The position numbers were made by a program, and so were the translations under genes. Shown in pieces: positions 34,844 to 44,138 of a DNA stretch of 64,000 nt. The first letter of the stretch is position 1; every line of letters begins with the position of its first letter. The stretch is from NCBI GenBank assembly GCA_963796705.1, contig CAWCMK010000007.1, forward strand, positions 6,641 to 70,640, given 5' to 3'. Below the pieces are notes generated by a model. The model ran no database searches, was not told the DNA's origin, and saw nothing but the letters and a program-made list of their open reading frames with translations. This DNA comes from an uncultured Solirubrobacterales bacterium. Lineage in GTDB: Bacteria > Actinomycetota > Thermoleophilia > Solirubrobacterales > 70-9.

Positions 34844-35461
34844 TCAGTCGCGCAGCGGCCTCAGCCGCGCGAAGTAGCCGAACCAGTTGCCGGAGTGCTC
34901 GGTGTAGGCAAGCCCGGCGGCAAGCGCGGCTCGCCGCAGTGCGGCGAGCGTCGTGAAGTGCGGATCGCCGAACAGCTCGCCGACCAGGAGACGACCGTCG
35001 GGTCGCAGGACGCGCTCGATCTCGCCCAGCGCCGCGTCTGGGTTCGGAATCTCGCCCAGCACCGCGGTCAGGATGACGGCGTCCATCGAGTCATCCTCGT
35101 AGGGGAGGGTGGTTGCATCTCCCTGGGTCGGGACGAGGTTGCCGAGTCCACGCTCGCTCGCGCGCCTCATCGTGTGCTCGAGAAACTCCTGCTGCAGATC
35201 GAAGATCTCAACCACACCGTCTGGCCCCACCCACTCGGCGATATTGAGCGTGTAGTAACCGACCCCCGGGCCGATCTCGAGAACCCGCTCCTCCGGCGCG
35301 GGGCGCAACACCGATCGCAGCCGCGCCCGGGTGATGATCGGGTGCGGAGCTTCAACCCAGAATCGCTGTCCGTAGGGGCAGGCGGAGGGATTCCTGCGCC
35401 ACCAGAGCGCCGCCCCGAGGGTCGCCAGGCCCGCCACGACCAGCAGGGTGCGGATCCGCAT
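34844..35461 (-). CDS. Class I SAM-dependent methyltransferase with an N-terminal membrane anchor
   Basis: Motif I VLEIGPGVGYYT and an N-terminal hydrophobic segment. The start overlaps the upstream stop (TGATG). Confidence 0.8.
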   Translation of the reverse strand: MRIRTLLVVAGLATLGAALWWRRNPSACPYGQRFWVEAPHPIITRARLRSVLRPAPEERVLEIGPGVGYYTLNIAEWVGPDGVVEIFDLQQEFLEHTMRRASERGLGNLVPTQGDATTLPYEDDSMDAVILTAVLGEIPNPDAALGEIERVLRPDGRLLVGELFGDPHFTTLAALRRAALAAGLAYTEHSGNWFGYFARLRPLRD

Positions 35462-35685
35462 CAGCTCTCGTCGAAGGCGAACCCGACCCGGCTATCTCCC
35501 GAGTCAATGCGCAAGAACGCGACCTTGCCGAGATACACGGAGAGGACACCATCCTCGGTCTGCAGGTCGTGCCAGCCGCCCTTCTCGAGCTGCTTGCGGA
35601 GGCTCTTCAGCTGCTCCTCGGAGAGTCTCACGGAGACGACCTGCCCCCCCTCAAAGCCGATCTCGACGCGCTGGGTGTTCGCCAT
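35461..35685 (-). CDS. Small conserved protein (DUF3107-like)
   Basis: 74 aa, translationally coupled at both ends (TGATG overlaps). Its general resemblance to actinobacterial DUF3107 proteins (...RVGF near the C-terminus) is from memory only. Confidence 0.45.
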   Translation of the reverse strand: MANTQRVEIGFEGGQVVSVRLSEEQLKSLRKQLEKGGWHDLQTEDGVLSVYLGKVAFLRIDSGDSRVGFAFDES

Positions 35686-36098
35686 CAGTGGCCTCCGGCC
35701 TCCGGCTCGACGATCTCGGTCAGCACCCCACCGGTCGAGCGCGGGTGCAGAAAGGCAACACGGCTCTGGCGGATCCCGACCCGCGGCTCGCTGTCGATCA
35801 GCTCGAGGCCCTTCGCGGAGAGCGCCCGCAGCGTCGCCTCGATGTCCTTCACCGCGTAGGCGATGTGGTGCAACCCCGGGCCCTTGCGATCGAGGAACCT
35901 GCCGACCGCCGTCTCGGGCCCGAGCGGCCGCAGCAGCTCAATGTGTCCCTCGCCGACGTCGAGCAGGACCGCCTCAACACCCTGCTCCTCGACCGTCTCA
36001 CGATGGGTAAGCGCCATCTCGAAGGAATCCTCGTAGAGCTTCAAAGTGGCGTCGATGTCCTCCACGGCGACGCCAACGTGATCGATCCTTCCGAACAT
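35685..36098 (-). CDS. mce: Methylmalonyl-CoA epimerase (VOC family)
   Basis: IDHVGVAVEDIDATLKLY, GHIELLRPL, GPGLHHIAYAVKDIEA, IRQSRVAFLHP. 137 aa, typical for the epimerase. Confidence 0.8.
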   Translation of the reverse strand: MFGRIDHVGVAVEDIDATLKLYEDSFEMALTHRETVEEQGVEAVLLDVGEGHIELLRPLGPETAVGRFLDRKGPGLHHIAYAVKDIEATLRALSAKGLELIDSEPRVGIRQSRVAFLHPRSTGGVLTEIVEPEAGGH

Positions 36099-36109
36099 CG
36101 GCGCGCAGT

Positions 36110-36952
36110 CTATGCGCCCTCGGCGCGAAGAATCTCAGCGAGCGCCGCGATCCCCACCTCGAGCTGCTCGGCGTTCGGCTCCTTGGTCGCCAGGTGCCGC
36201 TGAATCTCGCGCCCGGGAGTGTGAAAGGCCTCCGCCAGCGGCGTCCCGTGGTGGCGGTCGCTCCAGGCGAACATCTCGACGGCAAGCGAGGCGCCGCCGA
36301 GACCGACGGCGGTGCGCACCAGCGGCCCTGGCTTCTCGATCACCCGCTCGAGCAGCACCGTGCCGCCCGCGGATAGAAGCATCATCGGGGCCACCAGGTT
36401 AGAGCCGCAGCGGTCATGCTCCTTGGGGACTTGGCTCGGATCCTCAACTCCCTGCTCATAGGCGGCGATCGCCTTGTGCTCGACGCCGTGATAGGCGGCG
36501 AGGTCCCGGTCGGAGAGGGCGATGAGCGCCGGCACCAGGCCCAGGGCCTGGACGATCCCCTCGCGCATCGGCGAGGGGCCCGACCGCCTGCGAAGCACGG
36601 CGCTGGCAAGCAGGGTGGCGCCGATCGCGGCCGCCACGCGCGGGTCCTCAAAGGGGAGCCGCGCCGCGGGCATGCGGCGGCGCAGGAGCGGCAGCACCGC
36701 CATTGCCTCCGCCAGTTTTAGGGGTCCGCGCAGTCCCGGCACCCGGGCGGCAAGCTTCGGTGCCAGCTCGAGCTTGCGCTCGGAGGCGACCTCGATCTCG
36801 CCGGCCGGCCCGCGCACCGCCGCGGCCCAGTGCGTCGGCCCGTGGATCAGGAGGCCGTTGCGCAGCGCCATGCCTCCCAGCCTCAGCTTTTCCTTTTCTT
36901 CGGCCACCGACCCAAGATAGACCCTGGACCCCACAACCCGACGGCCGCGCAT
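36110..36952 (-). CDS. DUF1385 domain-containing membrane protein
   Basis: LGGMALRNGLLIHGP..., HGVEHKAIAAYE, EHDRCGSNL. Start uncertain (ATG 36952 or GTG 36907). The ORF-track extension to 37471 overlaps rarA and is rejected. Confidence 0.65.
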   Translation of the reverse strand: MRGRRVVGSRVYLGSVAEEKEKLRLGGMALRNGLLIHGPTHWAAAVRGPAGEIEVASERKLELAPKLAARVPGLRGPLKLAEAMAVLPLLRRRMPAARLPFEDPRVAAAIGATLLASAVLRRRSGPSPMREGIVQALGLVPALIALSDRDLAAYHGVEHKAIAAYEQGVEDPSQVPKEHDRCGSNLVAPMMLLSAGGTVLLERVIEKPGPLVRTAVGLGGASLAVEMFAWSDRHHGTPLAEAFHTPGREIQRHLATKEPNAEQLEVGIAALAEILRAEGA

Positions 36953-37103
36953 TGCGCGGCACGTCGAGTTTCCCCCCTGATCTCCCTTTAGGTCCTGCCG
37001 GAGGCCCCCAGTCCAGGCCTCCGGCAGGTGTTCGGCTCTCCCTGGCTCTAGCTTGGAAAGCCGACCCTGAAAACACCGGTGCATTCTTGAAGTTGCGCCA
37101 AGG

Positions 37104-38516
37104 TTAATTTTTCTCGAGCCGTCTGCGGAGCTCCACCAGTCGCCTGCCCAGCTCCGCCTCATGGCCACGGTCGCTCGGCTCGTAAAAGCGCCTTCCGCGC
37201 AGCTCCTCGGGCAACAACGGCTGGTCGACGAGCGCCCCCGGCTCGTCGTGGGGGTAGCGGTAACCACGACCCCGGCCGAGCTTCTCGGCGCCCGGATAAT
37301 GCGCGTCTCGCAGATGGTCGGGTGGTGTCCTGGCGCCGTTGGCACGAACCTCGGCCCGGGCCGCAGCAAGCGCCGTGTAGGAGGCGTTGGACTTCGGCGC
37401 GAGCGCCAGATAGACAGAGGCCTGGGCGAGGTTGAGGGCGCACTCGGGGAGACCGACGCGATCGACCCCACGAGCCGCCGCCTCGGCGATCAGCAACGCC
37501 TGGGGGTCGGCGTTGCCGATGTCCTCGGATGCGAGGATCACCATCCGGCGGGCGATGAAGCGCGGGTCCTCCCCGCCCTCGAGCATCACCGCCAGGTAAT
37601 AGAGCGAGGCATCCACATCAGAGCCGCGGGTCGCCTTGATCCAGGCCGAGATGAAGTCGTAATGTCGATCTCCGGTGCGGTCGTATTGGACCGCGCGGCG
37701 CTGCAGGGCATCTTCGGCCGCCGCCACGTCGATCTCGGCGCCGGCGCTGCGCTGGACGGCACGCTCGAGCGCCGACAGCGCGACCCGGGCGTCTCCGCCC
37801 GAGCGCTGGGCCAGCATCTCCAGGGCAGCCTCGGAAACCGCCGGCGGATCGGCAATCCCGCGCTCGGGATCAGCCAGGGCCCGAAGCAGCAGCCCCCGCA
37901 CCTGCTCGGCGGCGAGCGGACGCAGCTCATAGAGCTGGCAGCGTGAGAGCAGCGCCGAGTTGACCTCGAAATAGGGGTTCTCGGTCGTTGCCCCGATCAG
38001 CGTCAGCAGGCCCTCCTCGACAGCCGGCAAGAGCGCATCCTGCTGGGCCTTGTTGAAGCGGTGAATCTCGTCAAGGAAGAGGATCGTCGAGCGACCGGCG
38101 CCCCGGCGGCGCTCGCGGGCGCGCTCGATCACCGCCCGGATCTCGGCCCGGCCGGCGTTGACCGCCGACTCCTCCTCGAAGGCACCGTCGGCCTTCGAGG
38201 CGGCGATCCGGGCCAGCGTCGTCTTCCCGGAGCCAGGTGGCCCGTAGAGGATCGCGCTGTGTGGACGGGCGTCCTCGATCGCCGTGCGCAGCGCCGACCC
38301 CGCGCCGAGTACGTGCTCCTGCCCGACGAGCTCATCGAGCGCCCGCGGTCTCATGCGGACGGCCAGGGGCGCGGCGGCCGCCGAAACCTCGCCGGCGCGG
38401 CGGCCGCGGTGCCCTGGGGCACCGGGCGCGTCTGCGTCAAACAGCTTCTCGGTCACTGAGTCGGAGTATGGGGGGTCGGGCGGGTCTTGAGCGGGCACCG
38501 CGGCCGTTGCCCCCAA
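37104..38516 (-). CDS. rarA: Replication-associated recombination protein A (AAA+ ATPase)
   Basis: Walker A GPPGSGKTTLARIAA, Walker B ILFLDEIHRFNKAQQDALLP and the MgsA C-terminal region (HYDFISAWIKATRGSDVDASLYYLA). Confidence 0.9.
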   Translation of the reverse strand: MGATAAVPAQDPPDPPYSDSVTEKLFDADAPGAPGHRGRRAGEVSAAAAPLAVRMRPRALDELVGQEHVLGAGSALRTAIEDARPHSAILYGPPGSGKTTLARIAASKADGAFEEESAVNAGRAEIRAVIERARERRRGAGRSTILFLDEIHRFNKAQQDALLPAVEEGLLTLIGATTENPYFEVNSALLSRCQLYELRPLAAEQVRGLLLRALADPERGIADPPAVSEAALEMLAQRSGGDARVALSALERAVQRSAGAEIDVAAAEDALQRRAVQYDRTGDRHYDFISAWIKATRGSDVDASLYYLAVMLEGGEDPRFIARRMVILASEDIGNADPQALLIAEAAARGVDRVGLPECALNLAQASVYLALAPKSNASYTALAAARAEVRANGARTPPDHLRDAHYPGAEKLGRGRGYRYPHDEPGALVDQPLLPEELRGRRFYEPSDRGHEAELGRRLVELRRRLEKN

Positions 38517-38558
38517 GAGATTTGCCCAGGCTCAGCATTTCAACCTTAGAATCAACCA

Positions 38559-40151
38559 ATGGCCACGACACAGACGCGCCCCGCCGCCTCCACCCTTGAG
38601 TCCTTTAACCCCGCCACGGGCGAGCTCGTCGGCTCCGTTGCGACGATCACGCCCGACCAGGTACAGGGCGTGGTCGACGACGTCGCCCGCATCCAGCCGG
38701 CCTGGGCCGAACTCGCGCTGGGCGACCGTGGCCGCTACATGCGCCACACCGCCGAGGCGCTGCTCGAGGAGATCGACGAGATCGCCGAGCTGCTGGTCAG
38801 CGAGCAGGGCAAGCCTCGCGCCGAGGCCTACACGATGGAGTTGCTGCCAACCGTCGACGCCCTGCGCTGGGTCGCGAAGCAGGGTCCGAAGATCCTCGCC
38901 GAGGAGAAGGTCCGCATGTCCCAGGCCTTCCTGGCGAGCAAGAAAAGCCGCTTCACCTACGAGCCGATCGGCGTCGTCGGCGTGATCGCGCCCTGGAACT
39001 ACCCCTGGTCGATCCCCTTCGGTGAGGTGGCGATCGCCCTGATGGCCGGCAACGGCGTCGTCCTCAAGCCGGCCAGCCTGACGCCGTTGCTGGGCGAGGC
39101 GATCGCCCGGGTCTTCGAGAAGGGAGGCCTGCCCGAGGGACTGCTGAGGGTCGTGCACGGCGGCGGCATGGTCGGCGACGCGCTCGCGCGCTCAAGCGTC
39201 GGCAAGATCTTCTTCACCGGTTCGGTCGAGGTCGGCCGCAAGGTCGGTGAGGTCTGCGCCCAGAACCTCAAGGGCTCGGTCCTCGAGCTCGGCGGCAAGG
39301 ACCCGATGATCGTCTGCGCCGACGCCGAGCTGGGCAATGCGATCTCCGGTGCGGTATGGGGTGGCTTTGCCAACGCCGGCCAGACCTGTTCGGGGATCGA
39401 GCGGGTCTACGTCGTGCGGAAGATCGCCGAACCCTTCATCGAGGGGGTCATCGCCGAGAGCGAGCGACTGCGGCTCGGCGACCCGATGCAGTGGGAGACC
39501 GAGATCGGGCCGATGACCTCCCAGGACCAGTATGAGATCGTCGTCGAGCTGATCGAGGACGCCCTCGCCAGCGGCGCGGAGAAGCGCTGCGGGGGGCCCG
39601 CCGAGCTGGCCGGGCTGAGCGGCAAGTTCGTCGCTCCGACGGTCCTCACCGGCGTCACCCACGAGATGCGGATCATGAGGGAGGAGGTCTTCGGAGCGGT
39701 CCTGCCGATCGTCGTCGTCGAGGACGAGCAGGAGGCGATCGAACTCGCCAACGACTCGCAGTTCGGACTCGGCGCCTCGGTCTGGACGAAGGACCGCCAG
39801 AAGGGGGAGCGGATCGCGCGGCGGCTTGAATCGGGGATGGTCTGGATCAACGACCACTCCTTCAGCCACGGCGCCTGTCAGTGCGCCTGGGGCGGAGTCA
39901 AGGACTCCGGGGTCGGCCGCTCGCACTCCAAATTCGGCTTCTATGAGTGCGTCAACATCAAGCAGAACTCCTGGGAGCCCGGACTGACTCGGGACTTCTG
40001 GTGGCATCCCTACGACAGAACCCTGGGCGAAGCCGTTCGCGCCTCGGCGAAGCTGCTCTATGGCAGGGGCGCAACTCGGACCAGGGCGCTGCGCGAAGGC
40101 GCAGGGCCGCTGCTCACGGTCGGCCGCCGGACACTGCGCAAACGCCGCTAG
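38559..40151 (+). CDS. Aldehyde dehydrogenase family protein
   Basis: FFTGSVEVGRKV, LELGGKDPMIV, NAGQTCSGIERVYV, EEVFGAVLPIV. 530 aa with a C-terminal extension. Confidence 0.85.
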   Translation: MATTQTRPAASTLESFNPATGELVGSVATITPDQVQGVVDDVARIQPAWAELALGDRGRYMRHTAEALLEEIDEIAELLVSEQGKPRAEAYTMELLPTVDALRWVAKQGPKILAEEKVRMSQAFLASKKSRFTYEPIGVVGVIAPWNYPWSIPFGEVAIALMAGNGVVLKPASLTPLLGEAIARVFEKGGLPEGLLRVVHGGGMVGDALARSSVGKIFFTGSVEVGRKVGEVCAQNLKGSVLELGGKDPMIVCADAELGNAISGAVWGGFANAGQTCSGIERVYVVRKIAEPFIEGVIAESERLRLGDPMQWETEIGPMTSQDQYEIVVELIEDALASGAEKRCGGPAELAGLSGKFVAPTVLTGVTHEMRIMREEVFGAVLPIVVVEDEQEAIELANDSQFGLGASVWTKDRQKGERIARRLESGMVWINDHSFSHGACQCAWGGVKDSGVGRSHSKFGFYECVNIKQNSWEPGLTRDFWWHPYDRTLGEAVRASAKLLYGRGATRTRALREGAGPLLTVGRRTLRKRR

Positions 40152-42037
40152 CGCGGCACTCGCACGATCACCAGGCGGTGCTTGACACCGGGTCCGGTGA
40201 GCTGTGCCTTGAGGCCGTCCGGCATCGCTTCGCGCACCAGCGTGGCGCCCCGGGTCGACAGCGGGACGCCGACCGTGACCTCCGGCCCGCCGGAGATTGC
40301 AAAGGGACCGCCGCCGATCTGCACCCGGTGACCGACCAGATGGCCGCGGCGCTCGATCCTGGCGACCGCAATCAGCCGGATTCGCCCGCCGCAGCCGGCC
40401 GGGCTCGGACAGTGCAGCCGCAGCCTCGCCCGGCGGCCCCGAAGGAGTGCGTTGCGGCTGGCGCGGGCGCCCGGGTAGACCCTGATGGCGCCTCCCGCGG
40501 TGGCCGCGTTGCCGAAGGCGTCGGTCGCCGTCACGGTCACGATTCGCGAGCCGAGGCTGTCGAAGACGTGGGTGCTCGCCGGGCCGCTGGCGATCGCCCC
40601 ATCGCCAAAGCTCCAGGCGGTCGATTCGATCGGCGACCAGACGTCGAAGGGGTCGACCGAGAACGCGACCGGGCGATCGATCGTCGCTGCCGGCGGGATT
40701 GAGAGTGAGTCCAGGTCGGGCGGCGCTCCGTCGAGAGCGGCCGCTTGGATCAGGTGCTGGCCGCCTTCCTCGAGCACCCAGGCCGCGAGAGCGTTGCCGC
40801 TCGGGTCGAGGGCCAGCGCGGGTTCGACCGAGTCCACCCCGAGTCGGGAGACGGTGAGCTGCGGCTGCCAGCTCCCTCCCGCCGAGCGCAGCGAGCCCTC
40901 GACCACCGTCGGGGTCGCATTGGAGAACGACCAGAGGGCGAGCGCGTCGCCGGCGCCGTTGATCGCAACCCGCGGCGCGACCGCGGCGCCACCGGTCTGC
41001 GAGAGGTCAAGTGGCGCGCTCCAGGCACCGTTCGGGTCGCGGCTGGTGCCCTGCACGACGGTCGAGCCGCCGCCGTTGCCGCGCGACCAGGCAACCACCC
41101 CCCGGCCGGCCGCGTCGAGCGCCACCTGCGGTGCTTCCGCATTCTGACCGGGCGCCGAGAGTTCGGCGGGCGTGCTCCAAGCGCCGCCCGGCGGCCTGTC
41201 GGCGCTCTCGATCACGTAGTTGGAGCCGTTTGAGCGCGACCAGACCGCGGTCGCGATGCCGGCACCGTCGATCGCAACCTGGGGGGCCACCGCGTTCTCA
41301 CCGGTCGCGGAGAGGATGAGCGCTTCGCCCCAGTTGCTGCCAGCGTCCAGCGCGGCGCCCTGAACGACGAAGTTGGAGCCGTCGAAGCGGCGCCAGACGG
41401 CGACCGCGTCGCCGGCGGCGTTGAGCGCAAGCCGCGGCGTTTCGGCGTTCTGCCCCGTCGCGGAGAGATCGCGCGGCGCACTCCAGGTGCCGCCCGCCGT
41501 GCGGGTCGCCGCCTGGACGATGAAGTCGAAGCCATCGAAGCGGCGCCAGAGGGCGACCGCCTCGCCGGCGGCGTCGAGGCCCACCTGCGCCAGCTCGGCA
41601 TTGCGTCCGGGCAGCGAGAGGTCGACCGGCGAGCCCCACGGCCCGCCCGCTCCTCGCGCCGCCGCCTGGACGATCGAGTTGGAGCCGGTTTCGGCGCCGT
41701 TGAAGCGCGCCCAGACCGCGACCGCGTCGCCGGCGGCGTCCTCGGCGAAGGATGGCGCCTCGGCATCCTGGCCCGCCGCGGAGAGATCGACCGGCGAGCT
41801 CCACGTCCCGCCGGCGGGGCGGTAGGCGCTCTGCACGATGTAGTTGGCGCCGTCGAGGCGCCGCCAGACGGCGGTCGCATCGCCGGCAGCGTCAAGTGCG
41901 ACCTGGGGGGTTTCGGCCTTCTGACCCGGAAGTGAGAGGGCCTCGGGCCTGAGCCAGGTCGGAGCTGCAGCTGCTCCGGCCGGCAGCACCGCAAAAGGCG
42001 CGGCCGCGAGCACGACAAGCAGGCTCCGCCAGCGCAT
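40148..42037 (-). CDS. Secreted protein with eight ~50-aa tandem repeats (propeller-like), a PKD-like domain and a C-terminal domain
   Basis: Signal peptide MRWRSLLVVLAAAPFAVLPAGAAAA. The repeats have consensus P.VALDAAGDAVAVWRRFDGSN.IVQAA.R.AGG.WS.P.DLSA.GQNAE. The PKD-like segment is WSFGDGAIASGPASTHVFDSLGSRIVTVTATDAFGN. Confidence 0.8.
   Translation of the reverse strand: MRWRSLLVVLAAAPFAVLPAGAAAAPTWLRPEALSLPGQKAETPQVALDAAGDATAVWRRLDGANYIVQSAYRPAGGTWSSPVDLSAAGQDAEAPSFAEDAAGDAVAVWARFNGAETGSNSIVQAAARGAGGPWGSPVDLSLPGRNAELAQVGLDAAGEAVALWRRFDGFDFIVQAATRTAGGTWSAPRDLSATGQNAETPRLALNAAGDAVAVWRRFDGSNFVVQGAALDAGSNWGEALILSATGENAVAPQVAIDGAGIATAVWSRSNGSNYVIESADRPPGGAWSTPAELSAPGQNAEAPQVALDAAGRGVVAWSRGNGGGSTVVQGTSRDPNGAWSAPLDLSQTGGAAVAPRVAINGAGDALALWSFSNATPTVVEGSLRSAGGSWQPQLTVSRLGVDSVEPALALDPSGNALAAWVLEEGGQHLIQAAALDGAPPDLDSLSIPPAATIDRPVAFSVDPFDVWSPIESTAWSFGDGAIASGPASTHVFDSLGSRIVTVTATDAFGNAATAGGAIRVYPGARASRNALLRGRRARLRLHCPSPAGCGGRIRLIAVARIERRGHLVGHRVQIGGGPFAISGGPEVTVGVPLSTRGATLVREAMPDGLKAQLTGPGVKHRLVIVRVPR
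40727..41908 (-). repeat. Eight tandem in-frame coding repeats (~150-168 nt each) inside 40148..42037
   Basis: Repeat units start at residues ~44, 95, 151, 201, 252, 303, 355 and 406 of the protein. Confidence 0.75.
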
Positions 42038-42053
42038 CGGCGCCGCCAGGCGC

Positions 42054-42884
42054 TCAGCCCCTCACGGCGCAGGTGCGGGTCAGCGTCGCCGAGAGCGAGC
42101 GCCCGTCGGCGAAGGACATCGAGGCGCGAACGAACGGGAAGGATGCCCTCTGCAGGCCCCGCGGCGCGCTGCAGGGAGCCGACAGATAGCTGTGGGATCG
42201 GCCGTGGTAAGCGTAGCTGCGGTGCAGCTTCAGGCTGATCCGCTTCAGGTAACTGAAGCGCGAGAGCGAGCCCGGTACCGAGCCGTCGAGGACGGTCCCG
42301 AATTCACCCGGGCCGCGCTTGATCGCGAAGTCGATCACGCTGGTCGACTGGGCGGGCTGTGTGGTGAAGACCTGGCCGAGGATCGCTTCCCGACCGCCGA
42401 CCTTCGAGTTGAAGGCGAGGATCTTTCCGATCGAGGGGGTCGGGGGCTGGCCGGGAAAGGTGGTCCTCGCCCGGTAGCGGCCGGTGCCGACCAGCGCGTC
42501 GCCGCAGGCCCGCATCGCCTGGGCACTTGTCGCGGCCTCGATCTGCGACCTGCGGCAGATCGGCAGGCCCTGCGTTTCCAGCCTGCCGTTGCGGTTCAGG
42601 GCGATCGTCACGGTCCGCAGGGACGGCGGCTTTTCGCCCGAGAGCGTCCTCACCTTGCCGGCCATCCAGACGCTGATCGGTGCCCGCGAGTCACGCGGCA
42701 GCGCTTTCGGCAAGATGCCGCCGTTGAAGGTGATGAAGAGGTTCCCGCTGGAGCTCAGCTCAGCTCGGGCCAGGGCGGCGGCGACACAGAGCCCGGCGAG
42801 CGCCGCCAGCAGCGCAGCGCCCGCTCGGCGCCTTCGAGGCAGCCACTCAAGCACGCGCCCTGCGAGGGTTTGACTCTTCACCAA
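42054..42884 (-). CDS. Secreted hypothetical protein, apparently a single-module relative of the B/D internal repeat
   Basis: Signal peptide (AALLAALAGLCVAAALARA). The Cys pattern ...LPICRRSQIEAATSAQAMRACGDALVGTG...SLKLHRS...YLSAPC...FADGRSLSATLTRTC resembles the last module of protein D. TTG start, uncertain. Confidence 0.6.
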   Translation of the reverse strand: MVKSQTLAGRVLEWLPRRRRAGAALLAALAGLCVAAALARAELSSSGNLFITFNGGILPKALPRDSRAPISVWMAGKVRTLSGEKPPSLRTVTIALNRNGRLETQGLPICRRSQIEAATSAQAMRACGDALVGTGRYRARTTFPGQPPTPSIGKILAFNSKVGGREAILGQVFTTQPAQSTSVIDFAIKRGPGEFGTVLDGSVPGSLSRFSYLKRISLKLHRSYAYHGRSHSYLSAPCSAPRGLQRASFPFVRASMSFADGRSLSATLTRTCAVRG

Positions 42885-43005
42885 CTCATCCGCTCCCCGG
42901 CCTCCGAATGGAGACCAGGCCAGCTTACATCACAAATATCCAGTTCCCCTCTCGCGGGCGCCGGGATCGACCCGGGCGCGGGGCGATACGGACGCCCCTC
43001 GTGGC

Positions 43006-43407
43006 TCAGCCGCCGCTGATTTCGACGATCTTCGACCTCGCCCCCCGACACCTGTAGATCGTCCCGGCGGCACCCTCGCTGCTGGGCTTCACTTCCGCAT
43101 AGAGCTTGTAGGGGAGCTGGCCCTTGAATTTCAGTTCTTCGGGCGGGATTTCCCAACTCCCAGACGCCTTTGATTTCGTCCGGCCGAGGACCCCGTGGCC
43201 CTTCTGCTTGAGCACCACCGTCCGCTCAGAAACACAGCCGTGGTTGGGCGAGGTGACCGCGCCCCTGTCACCGTAGACGCTGAGCTTGATCGCGGAGGGG
43301 ATCGTGACGATCCGGGTCGCCAGGGCGCTCCCCGCCAGCCCCGCCAGCCCCGCCGCCGCGAGCGCCAGCATCAGCATCCCTCGATTCAGTTTCCTGTGCG
43401 TGCTCAT
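43006..43407 (-). CDS. Small secreted hypothetical protein
   Basis: 133 aa, ATG with AGGAGG upstream, signal peptide MLMLALAAAGLAGLAGSALA, two Cys. Confidence 0.65.
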   Translation of the reverse strand: MSTHRKLNRGMLMLALAAAGLAGLAGSALATRIVTIPSAIKLSVYGDRGAVTSPNHGCVSERTVVLKQKGHGVLGRTKSKASGSWEIPPEELKFKGQLPYKLYAEVKPSSEGAAGTIYRCRGARSKIVEISGG

Positions 43408-43463
43408 GCATCCCTCCTTTGAAAGTGTCCCGTGCCAGCCTAGACGTTCACAATCCCGCCTAC

Positions 43464-44138
43464 GTGGAGCCAGGCACGGCCACAGACCAGCCCGCGCTCA
43501 GCCTGACCGGGTTGCGCCGCGACTTCGGCGAACGGACGGCGCTTGACGGGATCACGGTTGAGCTCGCGCCCGGACGCACGCTGCTCGTCCTAGGCCCCAA
43601 CGGAGCCGGCAAGACGACCCTGCTGCGGGTCCTGGCGACCCTGCTGCGGCCGAGCGGCGGCGAGGTCCGGGTCCTCGGCTGCGAGTTACCGCGCGAAGCC
43701 TGGCGGCTGCGCGGCCGGATCGGCTACCTCGGTCACGAACCGCTCCTCTATCGTGACCTCAGCGGCCGCGAGAACCTCACCTTCCAAGCCCGCCTGCACG
43801 GGATCGGCCGCGAGCGTGCGAGAGCCCGCATCTCCGCCCTGCTCGAGGCGGTGGGAATGCAGCGCCGCGCCGATCAGCGTGTCGCGGAGCTCTCGGCGGG
43901 AATGCGGCAGCGCCTCTCGATCTGCCGCTGCGTGCTGCATGAGCCCGATCTCCTGCTGCTCGACGAGCCGGACTCTAACCTCGACGCCGAGGGTCGCGAA
44001 TTGGTCCGCGCTCTGATCGGACCCGATGCGGGCGCGGCCCGGGTCCTCGTCACCCACGACCCCGAGCGACACATGCCCGAGGCCGAGCGCGTCCTTCGAC
44101 TTGGAATCGGCGAGGCCGCGGTGGAGGTGGCGGCGTGA
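43464..44138 (+). CDS. ccmA: Heme ABC exporter ATP-binding protein CcmA
   Basis: Walker A GPNGAGKTTLLR, signature LSAGMRQRL, Walker B LLLLDEP. It is followed by ccmB and ccmC. Start uncertain (GTG 43464, or TTG 43419 in the ORF track). Confidence 0.75.
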   Translation: MEPGTATDQPALSLTGLRRDFGERTALDGITVELAPGRTLLVLGPNGAGKTTLLRVLATLLRPSGGEVRVLGCELPREAWRLRGRIGYLGHEPLLYRDLSGRENLTFQARLHGIGRERARARISALLEAVGMQRRADQRVAELSAGMRQRLSICRCVLHEPDLLLLDEPDSNLDAEGRELVRALIGPDAGAARVLVTHDPERHMPEAERVLRLGIGEAAVEVAA

